Shown here piece by piece: positions 8,357-17,205 of a DNA stretch of 62,893 nucleotides. Origin of the DNA: Laspinema olomoucense D3a. Lineage in GTDB: Bacteria > Cyanobacteriota > Cyanobacteriia > Cyanobacteriales > Laspinemataceae. Within the stretch, counting starts at the first letter, position 1. Every line of letters begins with the position of its first letter. The DNA lies in NCBI RefSeq assembly GCF_025370815.1, contig NZ_JAMXFB010000041.1; one strand, 5' to 3'. A model generated the notes under the pieces. It saw nothing but the letters and a program-made list of their open reading frames with translations, was not told the DNA's origin and ran no database searches. Both the position numbers and the translations under genes were made by a program.

Positions 8357-9904
8357 ATGAAAACCGCCATCCAAATCCGGGACTTGTCAAAAACTTATTT
8401 CATCAATAAGCAAAACCAAAAGGTTCTGGATAAGATAAATCTCGACATTTTGCCCGGTGAATTTATTTTACTACGGGGCGATAATGGCTCGGGCAAAACA
8501 ACGCTGGTCAACCTAATTTGTGGCTTGCAGGCTCCTGATGAGGGGTCAATTGAAATTTTTGGAAAATTGCCCAAAGACCCTCAAGCACATCTTAAACTGG
8601 GAACGATGCTGCAACGGGCTAAACCCGTGGAAGGGTTAACGGTCAAAGAGACCATTCGGCTGTTTCAAAGTTATTATCCTCAGCCATTTGATTTAGCTGA
8701 AACCATCGAGAGAGCGCGACTAACGAACAAGCAAAATGATTACGCTACTACTCTCGCTGGCGGTCAGGCTCAATCCCTCTATTTTGCCTTAGCCATTGTC
8801 GGAAATCCCGATATTTTAATTCTTGATGAGCCCACGAACAATCTCAGTTCCGAAGCCCGCCAAAATTTCTGGAAACAAGTGCGGGACTTTGAGCAGCAAA
8901 GGAAAACCATTTTGGCGATTAGTCACAGTGAACAAGATTGTGATGAAATTGCAGATTTGGTTACCCGGGAAGTGCGCTTAAGTAACGATAATGGAAACTT
9001 AGAAATTCAAGAATTTCCTCCTTATCAGGCTCTACAAAACTATTACCATGAGTTAGAGGAAGTGGCTAAACTCAAATCCGAGTCCAGTGCCGATGCTGAA
9101 AACTCCTCAAACTTCAAATCTGAGTCAGAACCCGGCAGCTTTAGTTTCAAAGCTTTCTGGGGACAACTGTCTGTTGAACTGCTGCAAACCTTTCGTAAAG
9201 CTGACACCATTGTCATAAGTTTAGGATTGGCGATTTTTGCGGGAGTCTTGATTGAACAGAATGCCCCCGACCAGTTTCAATCGCTGGTCGCTGCATCTCT
9301 AGCCGCATTGGTGATTTTTGTCTGTGTGAGTCAGTTTGGGGTTAAGATTGCCTCAGAACGCGATCGCGGCTGGTTGAAGTTACTGCGGATCACTCCCCTG
9401 TCCTTTACCACCTATCTAGCGGCTAAAGTGGGGAACTTCCTGGTGTTAGCCTCCTTAATGACTGGATCGGCTTTTATCAGCGGTTGGGGTGCGAGTCAGT
9501 TAAGCGGGAACCCTTCGTTCATCTGGGAACCCTGGATGTTTTACCTAAGCTTTATCCTGGTCTTAGGGGTAGTTCCTTTCGCCATTTTTAGCTTCACCCT
9601 GGCATATCTCTTCCAAACCGAATCTCTGAACTTGGCCGTTATAGCCTTCTTGACTATTATGGCACTTAGCTCTGGCTTAAATATCTCCTCCTTACTTCCT
9701 CAAGATTGGGTGGGAGATGTGATTCTCCTTTTACCCACCTATCACTACAGCCAACTTGTAGCTTGGACGGGAAAGGTGGAGATGGAAGGGTTCTTCCGCT
9801 TTGATGGCTACCGTGGGATTCATATCCTGTGGCTGCTATGGTGGACGGTTGTGGCGGGGATGCTGGCGCGATGGGTGTATCGTCGGGAACGACTCTCGGG
9901 ATAG
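8357..9904 (+). CDS. Fused ABC transporter ATP-binding domain + ABC-2-type permease domain
   Basis: Walker A LRGDNGSGKTTL. Signature-like LAGGQAQ. Walker B ILILDEP. Acidic/Ser-rich linker. C-terminal ~250 aa with about 6 hydrophobic helices. Confidence 0.8.
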   Translation: MKTAIQIRDLSKTYFINKQNQKVLDKINLDILPGEFILLRGDNGSGKTTLVNLICGLQAPDEGSIEIFGKLPKDPQAHLKLGTMLQRAKPVEGLTVKETIRLFQSYYPQPFDLAETIERARLTNKQNDYATTLAGGQAQSLYFALAIVGNPDILILDEPTNNLSSEARQNFWKQVRDFEQQRKTILAISHSEQDCDEIADLVTREVRLSNDNGNLEIQEFPPYQALQNYYHELEEVAKLKSESSADAENSSNFKSESEPGSFSFKAFWGQLSVELLQTFRKADTIVISLGLAIFAGVLIEQNAPDQFQSLVAASLAALVIFVCVSQFGVKIASERDRGWLKLLRITPLSFTTYLAAKVGNFLVLASLMTGSAFISGWGASQLSGNPSFIWEPWMFYLSFILVLGVVPFAIFSFTLAYLFQTESLNLAVIAFLTIMALSSGLNISSLLPQDWVGDVILLLPTYHYSQLVAWTGKVEMEGFFRFDGYRGIHILWLLWWTVVAGMLARWVYRRERLSG

Positions 9905-9928
9905 GCGGTTATGTTACTCTCGTAACAA

Positions 9929-9964
9929 GGCTCTGCCGCCTATTCTGTAACAGGCGGCAGAGCC
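9929..9964 (+). terminator. Strong 13-bp-stem hairpin (ggctctgccgcct-N10-aggcggcagagcc) 25 nt downstream of the ABC gene stop; candidate terminator or RNA structural element (no U-tract)
   Basis: Perfect inverted repeat read from the sequence. A nested 5-bp hairpin (gttac tctc gtaac) lies just upstream, and a partial repeat of the arm (ggcagagcc) just downstream. Confidence 0.35.
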
Positions 9965-10194
9965 TCCAATAGAGCGTGAGTCGGCAGAGCCAAGTCACGA
10001 GGAACAGGGGATATAGTGAAACGTGAGTTATGTATAGCGGGTGAAGTTGCAGGCTTACTTGATTAATCTTTTACATACCACCAAATCTCGAAATTGTCAA
10101 GACTTTTAGCAATTTGGCAACTCCCAGAATGGAGTGAATATCATAGTAAGGGATGAACAAGCTCTATTAAAAGAATCCCTGAAAGAAAAAGCCT

Positions 10195-11073
10195 ATGACT
10201 GCTCAATTGATTGACTGGATGACTGTTGCATGGGGAATCATGCAAGGCAATCATCGCTTTATGGTGTGGAATACGTTTTTAGCGGTTGTCCCCTTAGCGT
10301 TGAGTTTTTGGTTGTTTCACAAACCCCGATCGCAATGGTTGCGGTGGGGGGTGTTTCTCATCTTAGGGGCCACTTTTCTGCCGACTGCGAACCGGGTTTT
10401 CCGGACGGGAATTTTCCTGCTGCAACGAATTAGTGCCGATTACTTAATCTGGATTCTCATCCTGACTTTGATTTTGATGTCTTCGGAAATTTGGCAGTTG
10501 CGGCGCAGTCAAAATAGCTCGACGGTTTCGCGTTCCCTGTTATGGTGGTTGGGATTTGTGGCGTTTATCGCCTTTTTACCGAATGCGCCTTATGTCTTAA
10601 CGGATGTGATTCATTTAATCAATGATATTCGCGCGGGATACTCGGTCTGGATTATTACTTTAGCTTTGATTCCCCAGTATTTGATATTTATGATTGTGGG
10701 GTTTCAATCTTATGTTCTGTCCCTGATTTATTTAAGTTGGTATATGGAACGCTGTGGGTTGCGTCGGTGGACTGGGTTGGCGGAACTGGTGATACATGGG
10801 TTGACTGCAGTGGGGATTTATCTGGGTCGGTTTCAAAGGTTTAATAGTTGGGATATTGTGACGGACCCGGATATTTTAGTCAGAAGTGTGATGAATGATT
10901 TGATAGGTCGCCGTCCGTTTTTGGTGATGATTGTCACTTTTGTGGTGATTACGGTTTTATACTGGTTATTTAAACAGTTGACTTTGGCCTTGATGCACCG
11001 GAATAGTCAGCCGAAAAGTGCCTGGGGTCCAGTCGCCCCAGGGGAGTCTCCTGCAACGGATTCGGAGGCATAG
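10195..11073 (+). CDS. Polytopic integral membrane protein (about 8 TM helices), uncharacterised family (possibly DUF1361-like)
   Basis: Repeated hydrophobic helices throughout. No catalytic motifs recognised. Confidence 0.45.
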   Translation: MTAQLIDWMTVAWGIMQGNHRFMVWNTFLAVVPLALSFWLFHKPRSQWLRWGVFLILGATFLPTANRVFRTGIFLLQRISADYLIWILILTLILMSSEIWQLRRSQNSSTVSRSLLWWLGFVAFIAFLPNAPYVLTDVIHLINDIRAGYSVWIITLALIPQYLIFMIVGFQSYVLSLIYLSWYMERCGLRRWTGLAELVIHGLTAVGIYLGRFQRFNSWDIVTDPDILVRSVMNDLIGRRPFLVMIVTFVVITVLYWLFKQLTLALMHRNSQPKSAWGPVAPGESPATDSEA

Positions 11074-11079
11074 TCCGGG

Positions 11080-13557
11080 TTAAAAGGGGCAGTCCCCTGA
11101 GTCACGGCGGGCAGTTTCTAACAGGATGCGCTGTTCGGACCGGGCGATCGCCTGATGGGTACGGACGATCGCCTCGGGTTCGACGGAAATTCCATCAATT
11201 CCCCAGCGCACCAAAGTATCAATGGTTTCCGGATACCGGGTGGGTGCGCCTCCACAAATCGCACAAGGAATTCCCGCTGCTTTTGCCATCTGTATCAGTT
11301 GATGAATGGCACTCATGACTGCCGGGTGACGGGGGTCAAACACCTGGGACATTTGTTGATTTTCGCGGTCTGCGGCGAGGAGTAACTGGGTTAAATCATT
11401 GGTGCCGATGGAGATTCCCTGGACTCCCGCTTGCACATAATCGGAGATTAAAAATAAGGCAGAAGGTACTTCCGCCATAATCCAGAGTTGGAAATCCCGA
11501 ACGCTGTCGAGTTTGAATTGTTGGACTCGATTCCGGCAAAATATAAATTCTTCGACGGTTCGCACAAAGGGAATGATTAAGCGCAGGTTGGTTAATCCCT
11601 CCTGTTGTAGTTTGGCTAGGGTTTCTAGTTCTAAATCAAATAATGCCGAATCGAGGAGGTAGCTAAATGCGCCATGTACCCCCAAGGTTTGGGCGCTACG
11701 GTTGGGGTTGATGCTGGTTTGTCCGGGCGATCGCATTGCGGGAAGATCGTACCCGCGCAAATCTAAGGACCGATAAAATACCGGACGGGGAAAGAAAAAT
11801 TCGGCGACGCGCTTTAAGGGGTGGGAAATTCGGTGGATAAACTCCTGGTTTTTGTGGCGATCGCGCCATTGGTAGGGGTCTTCGGATTGGAAAATTTCCA
11901 GGGCCATCATTTCCGATCGCAATAAACCCACTCCATCTAAGTAGGTTTCAGCAATTCGATCTAAGGAACTCGGATGAGACAGATTCACCATCAACTGAGT
12001 GGCGGTGGGAAAGGGTTGGGTGAAGGAAGGGGTTAGGGAGTCAGAGTCGGGTAAAGGCATCGGATGAGGTTCTAAGATAACAGAGGCAACAGGTTGAGGC
12101 GATGGCGCCGGACTGGGTTGGACGGTTCCCCCAGGGAGTACAAAGATTTCGCCGGTATCGCCATTAACACAAATTTCCGTGGCGGTGGCGATCGCTTGGG
12201 TGACTTTGGCAGCCCCCACTACGGCAGGAATGCCAAATTCTCGGGCGAGAATTGCCGCATGACTGGTCATTCCCCCGGATTCGGTGACGACTGCCGCTGC
12301 TTGGCGGACGATATGCAGCCAATGGGGGGCTATTTCTGTGGCAATCAAGATCCGTCCTGGGGGGATATTTTCCCAGACTTCCGTTACCGACGTCATGCAA
12401 TAGGCTAATCCCACGGCGACTCCTTTGGCAGCCCCTGTTCCGAGGATAATCTGTAGCATCTCTTCTCCCTCGGTTGCCGTTACTGGGGCAGATTTTGGGG
12501 CAGGAGGTGGGTCTAAAGGGGGTGGGATTTCCCATGAGGGGAAGGGATTTCCCACTTCCACTCCGGTGATATAGATCTGTTCTGGGGACTGTTCTGTAGC
12601 TTTGGCAAGGGTCCATTCTAGGATGAAATTCCGGTCTAAGTGACTGCCGAGGTTGCGGGCGATCGCTCCCAATTTGGCCACTTCCGGGGGTTTGAGGGAA
12701 AATTCCTGTTGTTGTTCGTCACTCACCAAATAGGGTTGAAGACAACTGTAGGGACTCAGCAAGCTGGTTTCCAAGGTTAAATCATTGGATGGGGTGGAGT
12801 TTAACCTAAGATCATAACCGAGGTGTTTGTTCCCCAGAATTTGGGCGATCGCCTCCCCATTGTTAGACTGGATTTGATACCAATCGGGAATTGCCTGTCC
12901 CAGTTTAATCGCCAGGGCCAATCCCCAAGTGGCTTGAATTTCACAGTGCGCTTGGGTATAGGTGAGGGTTCCGGAGGTAATGGCACTGTGTAGGGGTTGC
13001 ACCAAAACCGCCAGATTCAGTGAACGCAGTTCAATGCGCGATCGCTGCCAATATAATAAACTTCTTGCTCTAAACAACTCTGCCCAAGTTTGTAGTACCC
13101 CCAGGGCAATTTCCTCGGGATCGCACAGGCAAACATAGCTTTCCACTAACCCGGAAAATTTGACCGGAGTGGGGGTATTTTTGGGCAGGGTGACGCTAGG
13201 GGACAGGATTAACCCCGGGGAACTCAGTTGTTCCGCTGCCATTGCCAACTCGTTGATCCACTGCCTGGGTAACTCTGCTGCCATCATTTCTTCCCGGATA
13301 TGTTGGGCGATCGCCTTAAGCTGTCGGGTATCATCTACATTCAGATGCACCGAGGAACTCAGGAGCTCGGCAAACAGAGGTTCTTCCCAAGGATAGGTTT
13401 CTAGAAATTCTCGCAATGCAGGGGCCGCCAACACAAATCCGGGCAGCACAGGATAACCCTGTTGCGCCATCTGACTTAAATAAAATGGATTGTCCCCTAC
13501 TAAATACCGTTGTGAGGGGTGAATTTGGTCCAGCCAGTAAAGGTGATCCACAATCAA
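11080..13557 (-). CDS. ppsA: Phosphoenolpyruvate synthase / PEP-utilising enzyme family (pyruvate, water dikinase-like)
   Basis: N-terminal pyruvate-phosphate-dikinase-type ATP-grasp region. Central phosphohistidine swivel motif GGMTSHAAILAREFGIPAVVG. C-terminal PEP-utilising TIM-barrel region (CICGGAP near the C-terminus). 825 aa. Confidence 0.75.
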   Translation of the reverse strand: MIVDHLYWLDQIHPSQRYLVGDNPFYLSQMAQQGYPVLPGFVLAAPALREFLETYPWEEPLFAELLSSSVHLNVDDTRQLKAIAQHIREEMMAAELPRQWINELAMAAEQLSSPGLILSPSVTLPKNTPTPVKFSGLVESYVCLCDPEEIALGVLQTWAELFRARSLLYWQRSRIELRSLNLAVLVQPLHSAITSGTLTYTQAHCEIQATWGLALAIKLGQAIPDWYQIQSNNGEAIAQILGNKHLGYDLRLNSTPSNDLTLETSLLSPYSCLQPYLVSDEQQQEFSLKPPEVAKLGAIARNLGSHLDRNFILEWTLAKATEQSPEQIYITGVEVGNPFPSWEIPPPLDPPPAPKSAPVTATEGEEMLQIILGTGAAKGVAVGLAYCMTSVTEVWENIPPGRILIATEIAPHWLHIVRQAAAVVTESGGMTSHAAILAREFGIPAVVGAAKVTQAIATATEICVNGDTGEIFVLPGGTVQPSPAPSPQPVASVILEPHPMPLPDSDSLTPSFTQPFPTATQLMVNLSHPSSLDRIAETYLDGVGLLRSEMMALEIFQSEDPYQWRDRHKNQEFIHRISHPLKRVAEFFFPRPVFYRSLDLRGYDLPAMRSPGQTSINPNRSAQTLGVHGAFSYLLDSALFDLELETLAKLQQEGLTNLRLIIPFVRTVEEFIFCRNRVQQFKLDSVRDFQLWIMAEVPSALFLISDYVQAGVQGISIGTNDLTQLLLAADRENQQMSQVFDPRHPAVMSAIHQLIQMAKAAGIPCAICGGAPTRYPETIDTLVRWGIDGISVEPEAIVRTHQAIARSEQRILLETARRDSGDCPF

Positions 13558-13685
13558 GTAAGCATTCGGACATCCTCTATCATAGTCTGGGTGTCTCCCT
13601 TTTGCATGGATTGCAAAAACCTGGTTAACTCCGAGGAAGGGGGCTAAGATAAAATTTTAGTGTAGGAAAGGGAGGTTCGGACCGA

Positions 13686-14363
13686 ATGGGAAATTGGGCG
13701 GCATGGATGAAAGGGTGGGTAAATTTGTTTTTGAAACCTAACTGTCCTTTGTGCGATCGCCCGGGAAAACCGCTTCTGTGTCCCGCTTGCGATCGCCAGT
13801 TGCAGCGCCAAAAATTCTCTTTGCAGCAACGGTTATTAAAGGAAACCCCTCCGGTATTAATTTGGGGTCGCTATGGCGGGGTGATGAAACGGGCGATCGC
13901 GGTGATGAAGTATCAAAACTGCCCGGAACTCGCTCAACCCCTGGGGTACTCTCTGGCTGAAACTTGGTTACAGTCCCCCCTGGCAAAAGCGCAGGGACTC
14001 ACGGTGGTTCCCATTCCCCTCCACCCCGCAAAGCAACGAAAACGGGGATTTAATCAGGCGGAATTACTGGCAAAAAGCTTTTGCGAACTGACGGGATATC
14101 GTTTAGAACCTCGGGGTTTAGAACGAGTGCGAGATACAGAGGCGTTAAATCAATTATCCCCCGCACAACGCAGGCAAACTCTCGCCAATTCCATGACGGT
14201 GGGGGAGGGGTTGCGCCGCAGGCAGCCAAAACAGGGGGTGATTTTGCTCGATGACATTTATACCACAGGGGCAACTTGTCAAGAAGCTATCACAACTTTG
14301 TCCACCGCCGGGATTCGGGTATATGGGATTGCGGCGATCGCCACGACTCAGCCTTTGGATTAA
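13686..14363 (+). CDS. comF: ComF-family protein (phosphoribosyltransferase domain with N-terminal zinc ribbon)
   Basis: N-terminal CPLCDR...CPACDR double CxxC. C-terminal PRTase motif ILLDDIYTTGAT. Confidence 0.75.
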   Translation: MGNWAAWMKGWVNLFLKPNCPLCDRPGKPLLCPACDRQLQRQKFSLQQRLLKETPPVLIWGRYGGVMKRAIAVMKYQNCPELAQPLGYSLAETWLQSPLAKAQGLTVVPIPLHPAKQRKRGFNQAELLAKSFCELTGYRLEPRGLERVRDTEALNQLSPAQRRQTLANSMTVGEGLRRRQPKQGVILLDDIYTTGATCQEAITTLSTAGIRVYGIAAIATTQPLD

Positions 14364-14364
14364 C

Positions 14365-15297
14365 CTATCCTGCTTTGATTTTCCCCTCCCGGAGAAATTC
14401 CTCGAAGGTGAGGCGACTGGGTAAGGCGGATTGAGCACCGGGTTTGGTTACTGTTAAGGCACCAGCGGCAGCCCCCCATCTGACAGCTTCGGGGAAGGGC
14501 AATCCCTGGGCGATCGCCACTGCCAATGCGCCATTAAAGGCATCCCCTGCCGCTACGGTATCCACGGCTTCCACCTCAAAGGCAGGCACAAAAAACTGCT
14601 CCTCTCCCCTAGCACAAAGCACCCCTTTTGCTCCTAACTTGGCGATCGCTGTTTTGACTCCGCGTTTTTGTAATTCGGTGAGGGCTTCCCGGGCTGTTTC
14701 TATATCTCTCACGGCAATTCCGGTGAGGATACTCAGTTCGGTTTCATTGGGGGTAATGATATCAATCAGGGAATACAATTCTGGGGGTAGTTCTCGGGCG
14801 GGGGCTGGGTCTAAAATAACTGGAATTCCGGCATTTTGAGCTTTTTTAGCTGCTGCCAGAACGGAGGATAGGGGAATTTCTAATTGTAATAATAATGCTG
14901 CCGCATCGGGTAATAAATCAGTGAGGCGATCGCAGTCTGACTCATTGACGCGATCGTTTGCCCCGGGGACAATCACAATGGTATTTTCTCCCGTATCTTC
15001 GACGGCGATCGTGGCAATTCCGGAAGCCGTGTTTTTATCAATGAAGATGCGATCGCACTTCACCCCGGATTGTTGCAAACTCTCCAGGAGTTCCTGTCCA
15101 AAACTATCCCCCCCCACCCGTCCAATCATAAATGTTGTCATCCCCAATTTCGCAGCAGCAACCGCTTGATTTGCACCTTTCCCACCGGATGCAGTAAAAA
15201 AGCTAATTCCCCTTAAAGTTTCACCGGGTTTCGGCAGACGGTGGGTGCGGGTGACTAAATCCAGATTGATACTACCGAACACCAGAATATTATTCAT
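14365..15297 (-). CDS. rbsK: Ribokinase (PfkB-family sugar kinase)
   Basis: N-terminal ILVFGSINLDLV. GGKGANQAVAAAKLG. C-terminal AAGDAFNGALAVAIAQG anion-hole/ATP motif. Confidence 0.8.
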   Translation of the reverse strand: MNNILVFGSINLDLVTRTHRLPKPGETLRGISFFTASGGKGANQAVAAAKLGMTTFMIGRVGGDSFGQELLESLQQSGVKCDRIFIDKNTASGIATIAVEDTGENTIVIVPGANDRVNESDCDRLTDLLPDAAALLLQLEIPLSSVLAAAKKAQNAGIPVILDPAPARELPPELYSLIDIITPNETELSILTGIAVRDIETAREALTELQKRGVKTAIAKLGAKGVLCARGEEQFFVPAFEVEAVDTVAAGDAFNGALAVAIAQGLPFPEAVRWGAAAGALTVTKPGAQSALPSRLTFEEFLREGKIKAG

Positions 15298-15357
15298 CGT
15301 TTCCCTTTCCCTTCACCTAGACCACTAATATTTTAGCATTAAGCCTGTCCCTTGATT

Positions 15358-15855
15358 TTAAATTGAATTCTCTTCTTGGCCTTGGAACAACTCTAATAAA
15401 AACTTTTGAGACTTCTTAGCCTCTGGAAAAAATGCAATTCTGGGTAACGCTAAACCCAAAATTAACATTCCCATCGGAATTAAAAAGGCCAGATTAAAAA
15501 TTTCCTTGAATAGGGCTTCTCCCAGAATCATCAAGGCTACTACTGCAAGCATAATCAGCCATAAAGACATAAAAATAATCACAAAAGGGTGCAGTTTTAT
15601 TTCTATTTTGATTTGACTGCCTCTACCGTGGGCCTGAATTTGACCTTCAATTTCAGGTAAAAAAGAATTGCGGTTGTAGATAACTCGGGAAATCTTAAAA
15701 GAGTGTTCGGCAATTTGTCCCTGGTACGGTTTTTTCGACCTACGCCAACGGAACTGGATTGGGTTGGAGGTAGGTGTCACCACTTCACTTAATTTTTTGA
15801 GAACCTCTTCGGGACTCAGATAAGTCGTCATCGTAAACCGTTTAGAAGGAAACAT
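15358..15855 (-). CDS. Paralog 1 of a tandem three-gene family: ~160-aa protein with N-terminal soluble domain and C-terminal double TM hairpin
   Basis: Clearly homologous to the ORFs at 16035-16517 and 16604-17089 (MFPSKRFTMTTYLSPEEV..YQGQIAEHSFKISRVIYNRNSFLPEIEGQI..). Two C-terminal hydrophobic helices. Confidence 0.6.
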   Translation of the reverse strand: MFPSKRFTMTTYLSPEEVLKKLSEVVTPTSNPIQFRWRRSKKPYQGQIAEHSFKISRVIYNRNSFLPEIEGQIQAHGRGSQIKIEIKLHPFVIIFMSLWLIMLAVVALMILGEALFKEIFNLAFLIPMGMLILGLALPRIAFFPEAKKSQKFLLELFQGQEENSI

Positions 15856-16034
15856 CTGCTCACCATTAGGGGTTATTTTTTACAATTGTCGCATAATTAT
15901 TTATCGGATTTGAAGCGGGATTAAATTCCGACTAAATTTACTCATTTATAAACTTAAATATTCGGTATTTCAGGGACAAAATAAAAAAACCTTTTTAAGT
16001 CAAATTGGAGAAATCATCTCCACGTTATAGTTTA

Positions 16035-16517
16035 TCATTCTTTCAAAAAATTGATTAAAAATTTTTTGGAATGGTGAGCCATGACAATGAAAGTAATCAT
16101 CGGGATTGCTAAACCCGCTAAGAAAATCGCAATCGAGCTTAAAAATACTGCAAAAGATGGGCTCTTAAGCATCATTAAAGAGACCCAAGTTGCTCTTCCC
16201 GCAGTTATTAGCCATATTCCCAAAAAAATCATAACCCCTGGATGAATTTTAATTTGGATATCGATTTGACTCCCGCTATTATGTTCCCTAATCTGGCCAT
16301 CAAGTACCGGGAAAAAAGACTCACGATAGCGATCGGAACTGAGATGGTAGATAATTTTGGAAATTTGAAAAGAGTCTTGATGGATTTTTCCGCGATAGAG
16401 TGGAGTGATACTTTTTTCCCCTATCTGATAGTCGGTGTCCACAATTCCCATTAATTTTTCCCGAACTTGGTAGGGTTTTAGTGGGCTTTGAATAGTAAAT
16501 TTTTGATAAGTCAACAT
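16035..16517 (-). CDS. Paralog 2 (more divergent) of the tandem three-gene family
   Basis: YRGKIHQDSFQISKIIYHLSS...FPVLDGQIREHNSGSQIDIQIKIHPGVMIFLGIWLI aligns with paralogs 1 and 3. Same size and TM topology. Confidence 0.55.
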   Translation of the reverse strand: MLTYQKFTIQSPLKPYQVREKLMGIVDTDYQIGEKSITPLYRGKIHQDSFQISKIIYHLSSDRYRESFFPVLDGQIREHNSGSQIDIQIKIHPGVMIFLGIWLITAGRATWVSLMMLKSPSFAVFLSSIAIFLAGLAIPMITFIVMAHHSKKFLINFLKE

Positions 16518-16603
16518 TTTTTAATTCTCACCCCTATGTTGTAAAATTATTTACAGCTTTTTTAGTGATAGAGGTATAAAATTTTGCCTCTATCACTCTT
16601 AAA

Positions 16604-17089
16604 TTAAAAATTTTCACTCCCTTGAAACAATTCCATAAAAAACTGTTTAGACTTCTTAGCTTCCGGGATAAATCCAATCAAGGGTAACACTAAACCAAAA
16701 ATGAACATTCCCACAGGCATTAAGAACAAAGGGTGAAATTCTTCAAACAGGACCGCTAAAAACATCAAGGCAGCTTGTCCAACTATACCCAGCCAAACGC
16801 ACATAAAAATCAAAACAGCCCGGTGCAGTTTCATTTGAATTTCGATTTTACTGCCTTTAGCTTGGGCGTGAATTCGCCCCTCAATCTGGGGTAAAAAAGA
16901 ATTGCGATAGGAAATGATTCGAGAAATTTTGAAAGAATGTTCGCCGATTTGTCCCTGGTAGGGTTTTTCCGGCCTTTTCCACCGCACCGGGACCCATTGA
17001 GGGGGAGGTTCCACAACTGCTATTAATTTTTCCTGGACTTCATGGGGACTGAGATAAGTGGTCATTGTAAACCTTTGAAAGGGAAACAT
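16604..17089 (-). CDS. Paralog 3 of the tandem three-gene family
   Basis: MFPFQRFTMTTYLSPHEV...YQGQIGEHSFKISRIISYRNSFLPQIEGRIHAQAKGSKIEIQMKLH is about 60% identical to paralog 1. Confidence 0.6.
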   Translation of the reverse strand: MFPFQRFTMTTYLSPHEVQEKLIAVVEPPPQWVPVRWKRPEKPYQGQIGEHSFKISRIISYRNSFLPQIEGRIHAQAKGSKIEIQMKLHRAVLIFMCVWLGIVGQAALMFLAVLFEEFHPLFLMPVGMFIFGLVLPLIGFIPEAKKSKQFFMELFQGSENF

Positions 17090-17132
17090 ACGTTCACCTC
17101 TAGTGGGTTAGTGCTACAATTATGCCATAACT

Positions 17133-17205
17133 TAGAGCCATTAATACCCAATCCGGTTGTGATAGATCTATAAATACCCCACCCGATCGGGTGCGGGTAT
17201 TTATT
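17133..17205. repeat. Partial copy of the interspersed hairpin repeat family (aatccggttgtgatagatctataaatacccacccgatcgggtgcgggta)
   Basis: Matches the elements at 57321-57447 and 58745-58872 over the cggaatccggttgtaatagatccataaaaacccgcaccc...ggtgggt module. Confidence 0.55.

Noticed and set aside
12094-12616. ORFs of 104 and 150 aa (Arg/Gly/Cys-rich) overlapping ppsA
   Set aside because: Alternate-frame artefacts within a confidently identified PEP-synthase gene, with low-complexity Arg-rich composition.
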